A stretch of DNA of 64,000 bases, from positions 3,125-67,124 of the IMG/VR virus record IMGVR_UViG_3300046453_000179. One strand, written 5' to 3'. The DNA is from a virus. The stretch's first letter is position 1; each line of letters begins with the position of its first letter. The translations under genes and the position numbers were made by a program. The notes under the pieces were generated by a model. That model saw only the letters and a list, made by a program, of their open reading frames with translations, did not search any database and had not been told where the DNA came from. Positions 47,134 through 56,772 of the stretch are shown one piece after another.

Positions 47134-47880
47134 ATGCCCGCACAACCACTATCATCTGAACAACTTTCCGAAGCTGCAGCGCTCAAAGAGCTCTTCAAGT
47201 CTTGGCAGGCAACTCGCAAGGAATCCGGCCTCCCCTCCTCTCAGGAAGCGGCAGCGGATATGCTCGGGTTCGGCCAAAGCGCACTTGCGCAATACCTCAA
47301 CGGGAAAATCCCACTGAACATAGACGCGGGCGCCAAGTTTGCTGCTTTACTTGGTGTCGGCATGTCGGATTTCAGCCCATCACTTGCAGATCAAGCGGTT
47401 CGTGTGGCTGGATCGGTAACCGGCGTGCGCGTCACCGATGACGATGACCATGCACCCGCGACCATCGCAATTCAAATGGTTTCCATGCACGTTCAGGCCG
47501 GCATCGACGATTTCGCCTTTGAGCCAATTCTCGATGAGGAGGGTCAGCATCATGTTCCGCGAAACTTCCTGGAAGAGAACGATCTGCGCCCTGCCGCGCT
47601 CGTTGCGGTAAAGGTCAAGGGTGACAGCATGCAGCCCCTCATGTACGAGGGGGACATCGCGGTTGTGAACACCACCGACCGCTCCCGCAAGAATGGCGGC
47701 GTGTTCGCCATGAACTACAACGGCCAGGCCGTCGTTAAACGTCTGGTCTATGATCGTCGCGAGTGGTATTTAGCGTCCGACAACCCCGAGTTCAAACCCG
47801 CTCCGTGTCGCGGCGCGGAGTGCATTGTCATCGGCCGGATTGTCCACTTCACCCCGAAAAATTTCAGGGATCGGCTTTGA
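47134..47880 (+). CDS. cI: CI-like repressor (HTH plus S24 peptidase)
   Basis: HTH QSALAQYLNG; QAG cleavage site; GDSM Ser and KRL Lys. Confidence 0.93.
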   Translation: MPAQPLSSEQLSEAAALKELFKSWQATRKESGLPSSQEAAADMLGFGQSALAQYLNGKIPLNIDAGAKFAALLGVGMSDFSPSLADQAVRVAGSVTGVRVTDDDDHAPATIAIQMVSMHVQAGIDDFAFEPILDEEGQHHVPRNFLEENDLRPAALVAVKVKGDSMQPLMYEGDIAVVNTTDRSRKNGGVFAMNYNGQAVVKRLVYDRREWYLASDNPEFKPAPCRGAECIVIGRIVHFTPKNFRDRL

Positions 47881-47911
47881 AGCGCCCGAGCGCGTCACTT
47901 TTGGAGTTTTG

Positions 47912-48298
47912 ATGAGCACTTTCACGCCTGGCCCGGTTCACCTCGCCACCATCGACCGACAAACAGTTAGGGGCCTTGTTGACGTCGAAGGTGAATATCT
48001 CAAGTCCATCGCAGTTGCTGGCGGTAACGTGCATCAGACTGCACTGGACCGCCAAGATGCAATCCAAATCTTCACGTCCACACTCTCACCAGACGAGTCC
48101 CTTAAGTTTTACGAGCTCTACAACCAGGAGATTGCGGCAGCTACTCAGGCCGCGAACGACAAACTGCTCGCCGCGAACACGGCAGTAAGCGTACAGCTGT
48201 CGCAGCGAGTGCAGGATGCCAGCAACTTCAGCACATGGGTGTCGATCATCGCATTCTTCGTCATACTGATAAGCGCGATAAGTATCGTAAAGAATTGA
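47912..48298 (+). CDS. Accessory protein with C-terminal TM
   Basis: SD GGAG; hydrophobic C-terminus; downstream of cI. Confidence 0.65.
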   Translation: MSTFTPGPVHLATIDRQTVRGLVDVEGEYLKSIAVAGGNVHQTALDRQDAIQIFTSTLSPDESLKFYELYNQEIAAATQAANDKLLAANTAVSVQLSQRVQDASNFSTWVSIIAFFVILISAISIVKN

Positions 48299-48374
48299 TT
48301 TTGCGCTGACCCGCTCACCACCGCGCGTACACAGTGTTAAAGGTAGACATTGAAATATTTGACCGGAACCTCAT

Positions 48375-48698
48375 ATGACAGAACATAACGAAGCGCCACG
48401 GAAAGAAGGGGTTACTACCCTCGACATGGCCAATGTGACCGAGCAGGATTTTAAGCAGTTTTTGTCTGAAAAGATTAAAAATCATGGGTGTCCGTGCTGC
48501 CTCTCTAATAACTGGATGATTCTCGACGTTCCTAACATGGTCTTCGGTTTGGTTGCACTTCCGAAGCTTGGGGGATTCAACATGCCTCCGCCTCATGTCC
48601 CGATGTTGAGCATGAGTTGCGTGACGTGCGGCTATATTCGAAATCACGCCACGGGAATTGTGGCTCAATGGAAGGCAGACAAAAAGGCTGCAAAATGA
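48375..48698 (+). CDS. Zinc-ribbon accessory protein
   Basis: CPCC ... CVTCG; low GC. Confidence 0.7.
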   Translation: MTEHNEAPRKEGVTTLDMANVTEQDFKQFLSEKIKNHGCPCCLSNNWMILDVPNMVFGLVALPKLGGFNMPPPHVPMLSMSCVTCGYIRNHATGIVAQWKADKKAAK

Positions 48699-49276
48699 CA
48701 TATGACGCCCGTGCGGATGAAATCTTGCGGAGCATCATCCAGAGTCCACCCGAGAGTGAGGTAAAATTCGAGAACACGGGCATTCAGCTTGTGACCAACG
48801 ATGTAAACGCGGAAAAAACTTCAAAGGCACCCGTGAGCGCTACCACTGACAAAGATTACATCGACGCCCGCCTTAAGGCGATGTCCGATAGTCTCGACCA
48901 GAGGCTAGAGACGGCTGCGGCAAAATCTGATGGGCGACTTGAAGTGATTGAAACTCGCATCGATTCTCGTATCGCATCGCTTGATGCCAAGCTTACTACA
49001 GGCATCGCTGCAATGGATGCTAAGATGGATGTGAACTTCGCGCGTTTCGAGGCGCTTCTTCACAAAACAACTGCAGATGTCCATAAAACTTCCACAGACA
49101 CACTATCCAGAGTCGTTGCAATTGTCTCAGGGTTGATGGGGGTCGGGATTGCTGTGATTGTTTTGGTGATAAACAACATGGCGCCGAAGCCAGCAGTCGC
49201 CGCAGCGCAGCCTACGCCGATCATCGTGTACTCTCAGCCAGCACCTCAGACGCCGTCTGCTCCTCAAGCTAAGTAG
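48695..49276 (+). CDS. Coiled-coil protein with C-terminal TM and Pro-rich tail
   Basis: ATGA-coupled to the zinc-ribbon gene; heptad repeats then TM. Confidence 0.7.
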   Translation: MTYDARADEILRSIIQSPPESEVKFENTGIQLVTNDVNAEKTSKAPVSATTDKDYIDARLKAMSDSLDQRLETAAAKSDGRLEVIETRIDSRIASLDAKLTTGIAAMDAKMDVNFARFEALLHKTTADVHKTSTDTLSRVVAIVSGLMGVGIAVIVLVINNMAPKPAVAAAQPTPIIVYSQPAPQTPSAPQAK

Positions 49277-49282
49277 AGCACC

Positions 49283-49305
49283 AGCCCGCACCAGCGGGCT
49301 TTTTT
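49283..49305 (+). terminator. Terminator of the immunity operon
   Basis: AGCCCGC-ACCA-GCGGGCT followed by a T-run. Confidence 0.85.
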
Positions 49306-49395
49306 ACGCCTGCAGCATTCCCCCCTGGGGTCTCCACACTCTCTACACCGAAAAACAGCGCGCACCCGGACGAAATGAAAAAATACTATTTTTTA

Positions 49396-49436
49396 TTAGT
49401 CCGACTGTTGACATATATAAGTAGTCGGACTAATAT
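49396..49436 (+). promoter_or_regulatory. PL promoter with two operators
   Basis: TTGACA-17-TAATAT overlapped by TTAGTCCGACTGT and GTAGTCGGACTAA; inverted near-copy of PR. Confidence 0.88.
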
Positions 49437-49473
49437 TCACTCCATCGACACACGAACAGCGATGGAGAACGAA

Positions 49474-49554
49474 ATGTCACCAGCCGAACTTGCAGCACTT
49501 GCCGAAGCCCAGCACCGCGGAGATGCCGCACATGCCGCCCAGGTGCGGAAATGA
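49474..49554 (+). CDS. 26-aa leader ORF of the PL operon
   Basis: SD GGAG; MSPAELAALAEAQHRGDAAHAAQVRK; TGA overlaps the next ATG. Confidence 0.45.
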   Translation: MSPAELAALAEAQHRGDAAHAAQVRK

Positions 49555-49889
49555 TCGCCCTGATCGTCGGCGTCCACGCCGGCAGCACCTTCAACTTCAC
49601 CGAGCTGGCTGGCGATGCCATCCGCAACCTGGTCCCGGCGCGCAAGTTGGTCCTGGTGCCGAACCTGGCACCAGCCGCAACCGGCATGGTCACCGTGGCC
49701 CAGTTCTGCGCTGCACGCGGCGCCGACCTGCCGCTGGCGACGCTGAGCCGCATCGGTCGCAAAGCTGCGGCACTGAGCCGCGCTGACGGCTTGCTGATTG
49801 GCCGCGCCATGGAGCAGTTCGGCGAGGTCAACACCTACGACGCCAACGTGCTAGCCACCGCCTTCGACGCGATCCAGGCCGCCCAATGA
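49551..49889 (+). CDS. Antirepressor C-terminal-domain-like protein
   Basis: TVAQF...IGRKAA.LSR...FGEVNTY..VL pattern. Confidence 0.5.
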   Translation: MIALIVGVHAGSTFNFTELAGDAIRNLVPARKLVLVPNLAPAATGMVTVAQFCAARGADLPLATLSRIGRKAAALSRADGLLIGRAMEQFGEVNTYDANVLATAFDAIQAAQ

Positions 49890-50257
49890 ATGCCCCGATC
49901 AACCTCGCCCTGCTGCAGGCCGCCGCCGGCGTCGCTCCGATCAGGCCGCGCACCGAGCAACCGTCGGTAGCGCCCGGCAGCCGTGTGCTGGTCGTCGGCC
50001 ACGAGCACGACGGCGTGTTGCTGGACCTGCACGGGATGCTCGACAGCGCCGGCTACGACGTGGTCGACGTGACGCTGACGGGGGACACGGTGGCGTTGAC
50101 CGCTCTCTTCTCCCGCGACCAGCTGCTGCAGTTCAACGACTGGTGTGACCACCACTTGCCCAGCGCCCACGAGTTGCGCCTGGTGTCGATCGACGAAGCG
50201 CGCATCGAGCGCCGCGAATGGGAACGCAACTTCAACGTGGAGCGCCCACCGATGTGA
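49886..50257 (+). CDS. Hypothetical protein
   Basis: ATGA-coupled ORF. Confidence 0.55.
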   Translation: MNAPINLALLQAAAGVAPIRPRTEQPSVAPGSRVLVVGHEHDGVLLDLHGMLDSAGYDVVDVTLTGDTVALTALFSRDQLLQFNDWCDHHLPSAHELRLVSIDEARIERREWERNFNVERPPM

Positions 50258-50308
50258 TCTCTCGCCGGATGTTGCAGGTAATTCACCCAACAAATTTAGG
50301 AGTCCATC

Positions 50309-50647
50309 GTGAAGAAAATCATTGTAGTAACAGCGCTGTTGACCGCCCTCGCCGCTCACGCAGCACCAGTCGAAAAGCAGTGCGCCGCGCTGGCCAAGGT
50401 CGCTGATGTTGTCGTGTTGTTGAAGGCCCAGGGTGCACCGGAAGCACAGGTACAGAAAGAGCTCAACGGCGAGAAGCCGGACCGCCGCCTGGGTCAAGCC
50501 ATCCGCGACGTGTACGCCGGCGCCAGCTCTGCGCAAGTCAAGGCCGAGTGTCTGGCCGATGCCGCGCCCGGCCCGCTGCGCCCTGGTCGCACGCCCACTG
50601 ACTCGAACGGCGCGCAATCGATCAGCGACGTGCTGATCACGCACTAA
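50309..50647 (+). CDS. Secreted/periplasmic protein
   Basis: Signal peptide ending AHA; SD AGGAG; two Cys. Confidence 0.65.
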   Translation: MKKIIVVTALLTALAAHAAPVEKQCAALAKVADVVVLLKAQGAPEAQVQKELNGEKPDRRLGQAIRDVYAGASSAQVKAECLADAAPGPLRPGRTPTDSNGAQSISDVLITH

Positions 50648-50797
50648 ACCGAATGCGGTCGCCGGGCGCTGCTACCGCCCGGCTAGTCCTGGCCAAGCGA
50701 AGAAACCGGCCCAGTGGGATCTGAAATGCTCGCGTCGCACTCGCCCCGTGCCGCCGGCCGGCGTATCCGGCCACCACCAACCATAGAAAGGCATCAC

Positions 50798-50980
50798 ATG
50801 GCAGCAGCTACCCCGACCTCTTTCAAACCTGGCCAGAAGGTCACCGTCCGCGCCCGCAGCAAGGTCGTGCAAGGAAAGTTCCTCAAGGAGCGCCCAGGTG
50901 CAAAAGGTCCGTACTACGACATCGACCTGGGCGACAACAAGGTCGGCAGCTACCGCCCTTCGCAGGTGCAGGCGGCGTGA
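50798..50980 (+). CDS. Small SH3/KOW-like protein (60 aa)
   Basis: FKPGQKVTV...G....Y.I.......Y.PSQV; SD GAAAGG. Confidence 0.6.
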   Translation: MAAATPTSFKPGQKVTVRARSKVVQGKFLKERPGAKGPYYDIDLGDNKVGSYRPSQVQAA

Positions 50981-51038
50981 CACAACGGCGGCGTTAAGGC
51001 CGCCAGTACTACCCGTCCCGCGCCGGGCAAGCGCGGGA

Positions 51039-51157
51039 ACCACAAGTGATCCGGTTGCAATAAGGGTGGACGGTCCGTCTGCAGACGCGCCGGCAATCCG
51101 CACCAACCTGCTGGTGTCGCCCGAATACGTGGGCCACGCAGCCGGATCACTTGTGGT
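51039..51157 (+). ncRNA. Candidate cloverleaf RNA (c4/CI-RNA-like architecture)
   Basis: 20-bp closing stem with one G-U pair enclosing three hairpins. Confidence 0.5.
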
Positions 51158-51275
51158 GTAGCGCCGAAATGGGAGAAAGACGGCCCTTGAATCCCATCTA
51201 AAAACAATAGCAGCAGTAGCTGGGCCTGACCGGGGCAGAACCGGTACCAACAACGAAAAGAACAGGGAGAGCGCG

Positions 51276-51587
51276 ATGCGCGAGGTGAAGATTTTCAAGT
51301 GGGAGCGACGAAACATCAAAGGCAAGCTCACCACCGTCAAGGAACTTGAGACGGTCGGTTGGTTTCACCAGTTCGCCCAAGACGACAGCGGAGAAGGCTT
51401 ACAGATTCCGGTTGCGGTAGTGGAGCTTGCCGACGGCACCGTTCGCGCCGTCTACGCGGAAATGGTGCAGTTTTTGGAGCACCGCGAAGGCGCCGACCTG
51501 GTCACAGCGCTGCGTCAAATCGCCAAGAACGAAAGCAGCGAAGGTTACATCGCCATGCGCGCCCTGACCGCAGCGGGTGTTGCATGA
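51276..51587 (+). CDS. Hypothetical phage protein
   Basis: G.FHQF ... AVVEL.DGTV motif. Confidence 0.65.
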   Translation: MREVKIFKWERRNIKGKLTTVKELETVGWFHQFAQDDSGEGLQIPVAVVELADGTVRAVYAEMVQFLEHREGADLVTALRQIAKNESSEGYIAMRALTAAGVA

Positions 51588-52436
51588 CGCTGCGCCACAT
51601 CACCGCAGGCCGCGCCTCGCGCCTCGCCGTGTCGAGCGCCCTGGCCTTCGACTATCAGGACAGTGGCTTTGAGGATGCGCTCACCGTCGGCAACCTCGAC
51701 GCGGTTGAGCACGTGCCCGCCGGCGGCTGCTACGGCGCGCCCGCCACCGCCAGCCGCAACGCCATCCGCCTGCAACTGACCGACCGTGAAGGAGCCGCAT
51801 TTTGAAGACTCGCTACATCCGCGCCGCGCTGGTCGGCGCCACCGCCGGCTTTGTCTTGGGTAGTGCCGTCGCCGGCGCGCTCTGGTTCGGCGCCCTGCAA
51901 TCGGCGGTGTCGCCATGATCTACCAGCTCACCATCAAGCACGCGGACGGCAGCACTGAGCGCCGCACCGCCATTGGCAAGCTGGCCGCCATTGTTGACGC
52001 GCTGTACGACGCTGGCGCGCTGGGCGTAACCGCCATGGTGCGCACGTGAGCGCCCTGGAGCCGGGCCTGGTCGCCCAGTTGCTGGCGCACGAGGCGGCGC
52101 CGGCCGAGAAGGCGCTGCGCAAGATCGTCTCGCTCTTCACCGGCAACGCCTTCATGAGCGGCCACGAACTGCGCGTGCTGGAAATTGCGATGGAAGGTCT
52201 GGGCGCGCCGGCGAGTGAGCGGCGCCAGGCGGTCGAGGCGGCAATCCAGTTGCGGCGCAACCGGGTCATGGGCCGCTACACCGAGCAAGGAAGGGTTGGT
52301 CATGAAACTGCGTGAAATTCTGACCATCGGCGCCCTGCTCACCCTGGTCGCGGCCACCTACGGCTACATGCAGGAAGCAGACGCACGCGCCGCGCAGCAC
52401 GAGCAAGAAATCTGGACCGGCAAGGTCGATAAGTAG
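51584..52436 (+). other. Chain of five small coupled ORFs (51584-51805, 51802-51918, 51915-52049, 52046-52315, 52302-52436); two are hydrophobic
   Basis: Successive start/stop overlaps. Confidence 0.5.
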
Positions 52437-52503
52437 CCGGCGCCGCAGCACCACGAATTTACCCGCCACCGGCGGCAATAGCGAAGTCAAAACGGAGAGT
52501 GAT

Positions 52504-53367
52504 ATGGGAAGCATGAACGAGGTCATCGATATGGAACGGCCGACCACCGGCGGCGAAGTCGCAGCGCCGGCCCCGCAGCACCTGGCGGCAGCGCAGCGCC
52601 AGGTGGCCACCACGGCATTCGAGCTGGTGGCCCACGCCGCCGCGCGCGGCGCAAGCATGGATGAACTGCGCGCCTTCATCGAGTTGCAGGAGCGGATTGA
52701 GGCGAACGATGCCCGCAAGGCCTACGTCGCCAACATGGCCGAGTTCAAGCGCAACCCGCCCAAGATCGTCAAGGACAAGCTGGTCGGCTACGAGAACCGC
52801 GACGGCTCCTTTACCGGCTACAAGCACGCGACCCTGGGCAGCGTCTGCGCAGCGGTGGCAGAAGGCCTGGGCACGCATGGCTTCTCGCATCGTTGGGACA
52901 CCGAGCAACCGCCGAGCGGTCTGATCGCGGTGACGTGCGTGATCACCCATTCGATGGGCCATTCCGAGGTGACGCGCATGGAAGCGCCGCCGGACAACTC
53001 CGGCAAGAAAAACGCCATTCAACAGGTGGCATCGACGATTACCTATTTGCAGCGCTACACGCTGCTGGCCGCGTGCGGCCTTGCCAGTCATGAGCAGGTT
53101 GATGACGACGGCAACGGCGGACACCACGGCGGCGAGAGTGCCCAGCAGACAACCACCACACAGGCTGGCGGTGGCGCCGGAACCCAGCCCGGCGGGCTTG
53201 CCGCGTACACCGAAGAGCGCTTCAACGAAAAAGCGCCGGAGTGGAAGAAGCTGATCGAGGACGGAAAGAAAACTCCGGCCGCAATGATTCGCTTCCTCAG
53301 CACCAAGGCCACGCTGACCGAAGCGCAGCAAAAAACAATCAACTCGTGGGCAGCATCAGCCAATTAA
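52504..53367 (+). CDS. ERF-family single-strand annealing protein
   Basis: HS.GHSE ... QQVAS.ITYLQRYTL.A..G ... DDDG motif. Confidence 0.88.
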   Translation: MGSMNEVIDMERPTTGGEVAAPAPQHLAAAQRQVATTAFELVAHAAARGASMDELRAFIELQERIEANDARKAYVANMAEFKRNPPKIVKDKLVGYENRDGSFTGYKHATLGSVCAAVAEGLGTHGFSHRWDTEQPPSGLIAVTCVITHSMGHSEVTRMEAPPDNSGKKNAIQQVASTITYLQRYTLLAACGLASHEQVDDDGNGGHHGGESAQQTTTTQAGGGAGTQPGGLAAYTEERFNEKAPEWKKLIEDGKKTPAAMIRFLSTKATLTEAQQKTINSWAASAN

Positions 53368-53400
53368 TCCGCGCCCGGCGCACATTAAAGGAATCGAATT

Positions 53401-55347
53401 ATGCAACGCGACAACAACCTCACCCGCCAGACCCATGACTTGGTCCAGGGCTCGCCTGAATGGCACCAGTTCCGGTTCGAGCACGACGGCGCCAGCGAGG
53501 CGGCCGCAATGCTCGGCCTGTCCAAGAAGACGAAGCGCTCGGAGCTGATCCGCATGAAGGCCACCGGCATCGGCAAAGAGTTCTCGGACTGGGTACAGGC
53601 GAACATCCTCGACTACGGCCACGAGGTGGAAGCGCTGGCGCGCCCACTGGTCGAGGCGATCATCGACGATGAGCTCTATCCGGTCACATGCTCGCTGGGC
53701 CATCTGAGCGCTTCGTGCGATGGCCTCACGATGTCCGAAGCGATCGCCTTCGAGCATAAGCAGTGGAATGCCGCCCTGGCCGCCGCCGTCGGCGCTGGCG
53801 AACTGCCCGACGAGCACGCGCCTCAGTGCCAGCAGATCCTGATGGTCACAGGCGCCGAGAAGCTGATTTTTGTAGTGTCTGACGGCACGCCCGAAAACAT
53901 GGTCCACATGTGGGTCTACCCGGACGCGGCCTGGTTCGAGCGCATCGTCGATGGCTGGGAGCAATTCGACCTCGACGTGGCAGCATATATGCCGGTCGAG
54001 GTAGTCGAGAAGCCGACGGCCAAGGTGATCATGGCGCTGCCGGCACTGGTGGTGCAAACGCGGGGCGAAGTAGTGCAATCCAACCTGCCGCAGTTCGAGG
54101 CTGCCGCCACGGCATTCATAGCCACGATCAAGACGGAGTTGGCCACCGACGAAGATTTCGTTAACGCAGACGCAGATGTGAAGTTCTGCCAGCGGGCGGA
54201 AGACGATCTTGAACACGCAAAATCCGCCGTTATGGGCCAGGCCACGACCATCGACCAAGTCATGAAGACGATCGACAAGATCAAGGAGCAGTTGCGCGCG
54301 AAGCGCCTCGCCCTCGGCAAGCTGATCGACAGCAAAAAGCTGCAGATCAAGGAAGGCATCCTGGCTGCCGTGAAACTGGCCTACAACAATCACGTCGAAA
54401 AGCTGGAAGCCGAAATCAAGCCGTTGCGCTTGCCTGCCGGTATGCCCGACTTCGTCGGCGCCGTAAAAGGCAAGCGCACCTTGGCGACTATGCAGGACGC
54501 TGCCGACACCATGCTGGCCGGCGCCAAAATCAGCACCAACACCACGGCAGCCGACTACCGTGCCAAGCAGGCCTGGTGCAAAGAGAACGCCGCCGGCTAC
54601 GGCCACCTGTTCATGGACATGGCGCAGATCATCGCCAAGCCGATGGACGACTTCCAGCTGGTGGTGCGCACGCGCATCGCCGACCACGAGCGCGCTGAGG
54701 CCGCCAAGCAGGAGGCGCTGCGCGCCAAGATCGCGGCCGAAGAAAAGGCCAAGGCGGAAGCCGCCGCCGCTGCCGAGCTGGCCGCCCAGCGCCGCGCCGA
54801 CGCCGAACGCCAGGCGGCCGAGGCGAAAGCCGCTGCCGAGCGCCAAGCGGCCGCCGACCAGGCTGAGCGCGACCGCGTTGCCGCCGCGACCAAGGCGCAG
54901 ATGGAGCAGCAGGCTGCCCATGTGTCCGCGCAGCGCGCAGCACAGGCCGAAGCAGACCGCGCAGCCCAGCCCACGCAGCCCACCCGCGAAAGCGCCCTCG
55001 CCGCCGCCCACCAGAGCCTGGCGCAGGAAAAGGCCGCCGCACTGGCCGACCAGGGCCAGCTCACGGACCTCGCCAACGCACAGGCCGGCACTGCCATCGC
55101 CGATGACCTGTTTTCGGCCGGCAGCGCCGCCAGCGCAGGTGACGCCACCACGGCTCCGGCACTGCGCCTGGGCCAGATCGGCGAGCGCCTGGGTATTTCC
55201 CTCACGGCCGACTTCCTGACCTCGCTGGGCTTCGCGCCGGTGGCTACCGACCGCGCCGCCAAGTTGTACCACGAAGCAGATTTCCCGCGCATGTGCGCCG
55301 CGCTGAGCCGCCATATCGCAGCCGTCCAGGCCAAATTTTCCATCTAA
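53401..55347 (+). CDS. YqaJ/lambda-exonuclease-like nuclease with long coiled-coil extension
   Basis: QGS.EW..R, ASEA, GHE.E..AR, SASCDG and EHK motifs. Confidence 0.88.
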   Translation: MQRDNNLTRQTHDLVQGSPEWHQFRFEHDGASEAAAMLGLSKKTKRSELIRMKATGIGKEFSDWVQANILDYGHEVEALARPLVEAIIDDELYPVTCSLGHLSASCDGLTMSEAIAFEHKQWNAALAAAVGAGELPDEHAPQCQQILMVTGAEKLIFVVSDGTPENMVHMWVYPDAAWFERIVDGWEQFDLDVAAYMPVEVVEKPTAKVIMALPALVVQTRGEVVQSNLPQFEAAATAFIATIKTELATDEDFVNADADVKFCQRAEDDLEHAKSAVMGQATTIDQVMKTIDKIKEQLRAKRLALGKLIDSKKLQIKEGILAAVKLAYNNHVEKLEAEIKPLRLPAGMPDFVGAVKGKRTLATMQDAADTMLAGAKISTNTTAADYRAKQAWCKENAAGYGHLFMDMAQIIAKPMDDFQLVVRTRIADHERAEAAKQEALRAKIAAEEKAKAEAAAAAELAAQRRADAERQAAEAKAAAERQAAADQAERDRVAAATKAQMEQQAAHVSAQRAAQAEADRAAQPTQPTRESALAAAHQSLAQEKAAALADQGQLTDLANAQAGTAIADDLFSAGSAASAGDATTAPALRLGQIGERLGISLTADFLTSLGFAPVATDRAAKLYHEADFPRMCAALSRHIAAVQAKFSI

Positions 55348-55371
55348 CCCGTTCACCACCAGGAGCCATCC

Positions 55372-55671
55372 ATGAACGCAAACAGCATCCCGCTCACCCC
55401 GGTCAAGTCCAGCAAACTGCACGCCATCGGCCACGACCCCGCCAGCCAGACCCTGGCCATCCAGTTCTTCGCCAAAGGCGCGCCCGGCAACGTGTACCAC
55501 TACGCCAATTTCACGGCACAGGAATACACGGCGTTCGCCAGCGCGGAATCGGTCGGCAAGCACTTCATCGCGCACATTCAGCCGCACAAGGACAAACACC
55601 CGTACGTGAACATGGGCGTGCCGGCGGCGCCGGTCGCGGCCGAAACGGCGGCGCCAGGAGTTGCGGCGTGA
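55372..55671 (+). CDS. KTSC domain protein
   Basis: VKSS.L.AIG.D....L.IQF ... YHY ... AESVGKHF. Confidence 0.85.
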   Translation: MNANSIPLTPVKSSKLHAIGHDPASQTLAIQFFAKGAPGNVYHYANFTAQEYTAFASAESVGKHFIAHIQPHKDKHPYVNMGVPAAPVAAETAAPGVAA

Positions 55672-55898
55672 GCCGCCGCATTCCATCGGCCGCGAGCTTG
55701 CAGGCCGCGTGCGACAAGTTCAACGCTGCGAATCAGGTCGGCGCCGCCGTCACGGTCCAGCTGGACGGTGGCGAGGTGCGCGAGACGTTCACCACCAGTG
55801 AAGCTCAGGTGCTCAGCGGCCACAGCGCGGTGATCTGGCTGGATGGCATTCGCGGCTGCTACCTGCTGGACCGCGTGACGTCGGTGGCGGCCGTATGA
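55668..55898 (+). CDS. Hypothetical protein
   Basis: GTG start; T.SEAQVLSGHSAVIWLDG motif. Confidence 0.6.
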   Translation: MSRRIPSAASLQAACDKFNAANQVGAAVTVQLDGGEVRETFTTSEAQVLSGHSAVIWLDGIRGCYLLDRVTSVAAV

Positions 55899-56587
55899 GC
55901 GTCTGCACAGAAGAGCGCTTCCTGCGCGACGTGGCGCAGCACGAAATGACCGTGATCCGCGACGACGGCGTGAGCCGCCACATCCGTTTCAAGAAACCGG
56001 ACAGCAGCAATATGTTCTTTGACCTGATCACGTGGCCAGGCTTCCTGTGCTACTGCGGCGATATGGGTACCTACGTTTTCCAGCGTACAAATGACATGTT
56101 CGGTTTCTTCCGCAACGGCGGACGCCTGGGCCAAATCGATCACCACTATTGGGCCGAAAAAATCCAGGCAGCCGACCGTGAAGGCGTGCGCAAATTTTGC
56201 CATGCGAAGTTCCAGGCGATGGTGCGCTCGTGGGTGGATGATCACGCGGAAAGCTACAAGCCGGACGACGAAGATGCCGAGGCGGTCGCCAAACACGCGG
56301 CAGCATATTGTGAACTGCGTGCCGAGGTTGAAAGTGAAGTAGCTCGTGCTGACGACAACGCGACGCGATGCTATGACGCGGCGACCGATTTCCGCCACAA
56401 CGGCGATGCGTGGCAGGAATTCCATGGCAAGGACGCCGAGTTTGAGTTTTCCGATATTTGGGACGGCTTTGACTACGCGACGAGCGGATACACATTCCGC
56501 TTTCTGTGGTGCTGCTACGCCCTGGCCTGGGGCATCGAGAAGTACGACGCGGCCAAGCAACCGACTGCCGAGGCGGTGCCAGCATGA
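55895..56587 (+). CDS. Conserved phage hypothetical protein
   Basis: FDLITWPG.L...GDMG.YVF.R..DMF.FF ... YWAEK motif. Confidence 0.7.
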   Translation: MSVCTEERFLRDVAQHEMTVIRDDGVSRHIRFKKPDSSNMFFDLITWPGFLCYCGDMGTYVFQRTNDMFGFFRNGGRLGQIDHHYWAEKIQAADREGVRKFCHAKFQAMVRSWVDDHAESYKPDDEDAEAVAKHAAAYCELRAEVESEVARADDNATRCYDAATDFRHNGDAWQEFHGKDAEFEFSDIWDGFDYATSGYTFRFLWCCYALAWGIEKYDAAKQPTAEAVPA

Positions 56588-56772
56588 TCACCGCCGGCAC
56601 GCTGGTCGAGGTCGGCCAGCTCGACGACGACGGCACGCTCGGCGCGGTGGTCCAGCGCCCGAATGGCGAACTGATCACCATCACCGGCATGACGCTGGAC
56701 GAGACGCGCGCGGTGGCGCCGCGCCTGTTCCTGTCGGTAGTGATCACGATCGCTGCGGGAGCACCGCCATGA
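56584..56772 (+). CDS. Hypothetical protein
   Basis: ATGA overlaps on both sides. Confidence 0.5.
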   Translation: MITAGTLVEVGQLDDDGTLGAVVQRPNGELITITGMTLDETRAVAPRLFLSVVITIAAGAPP

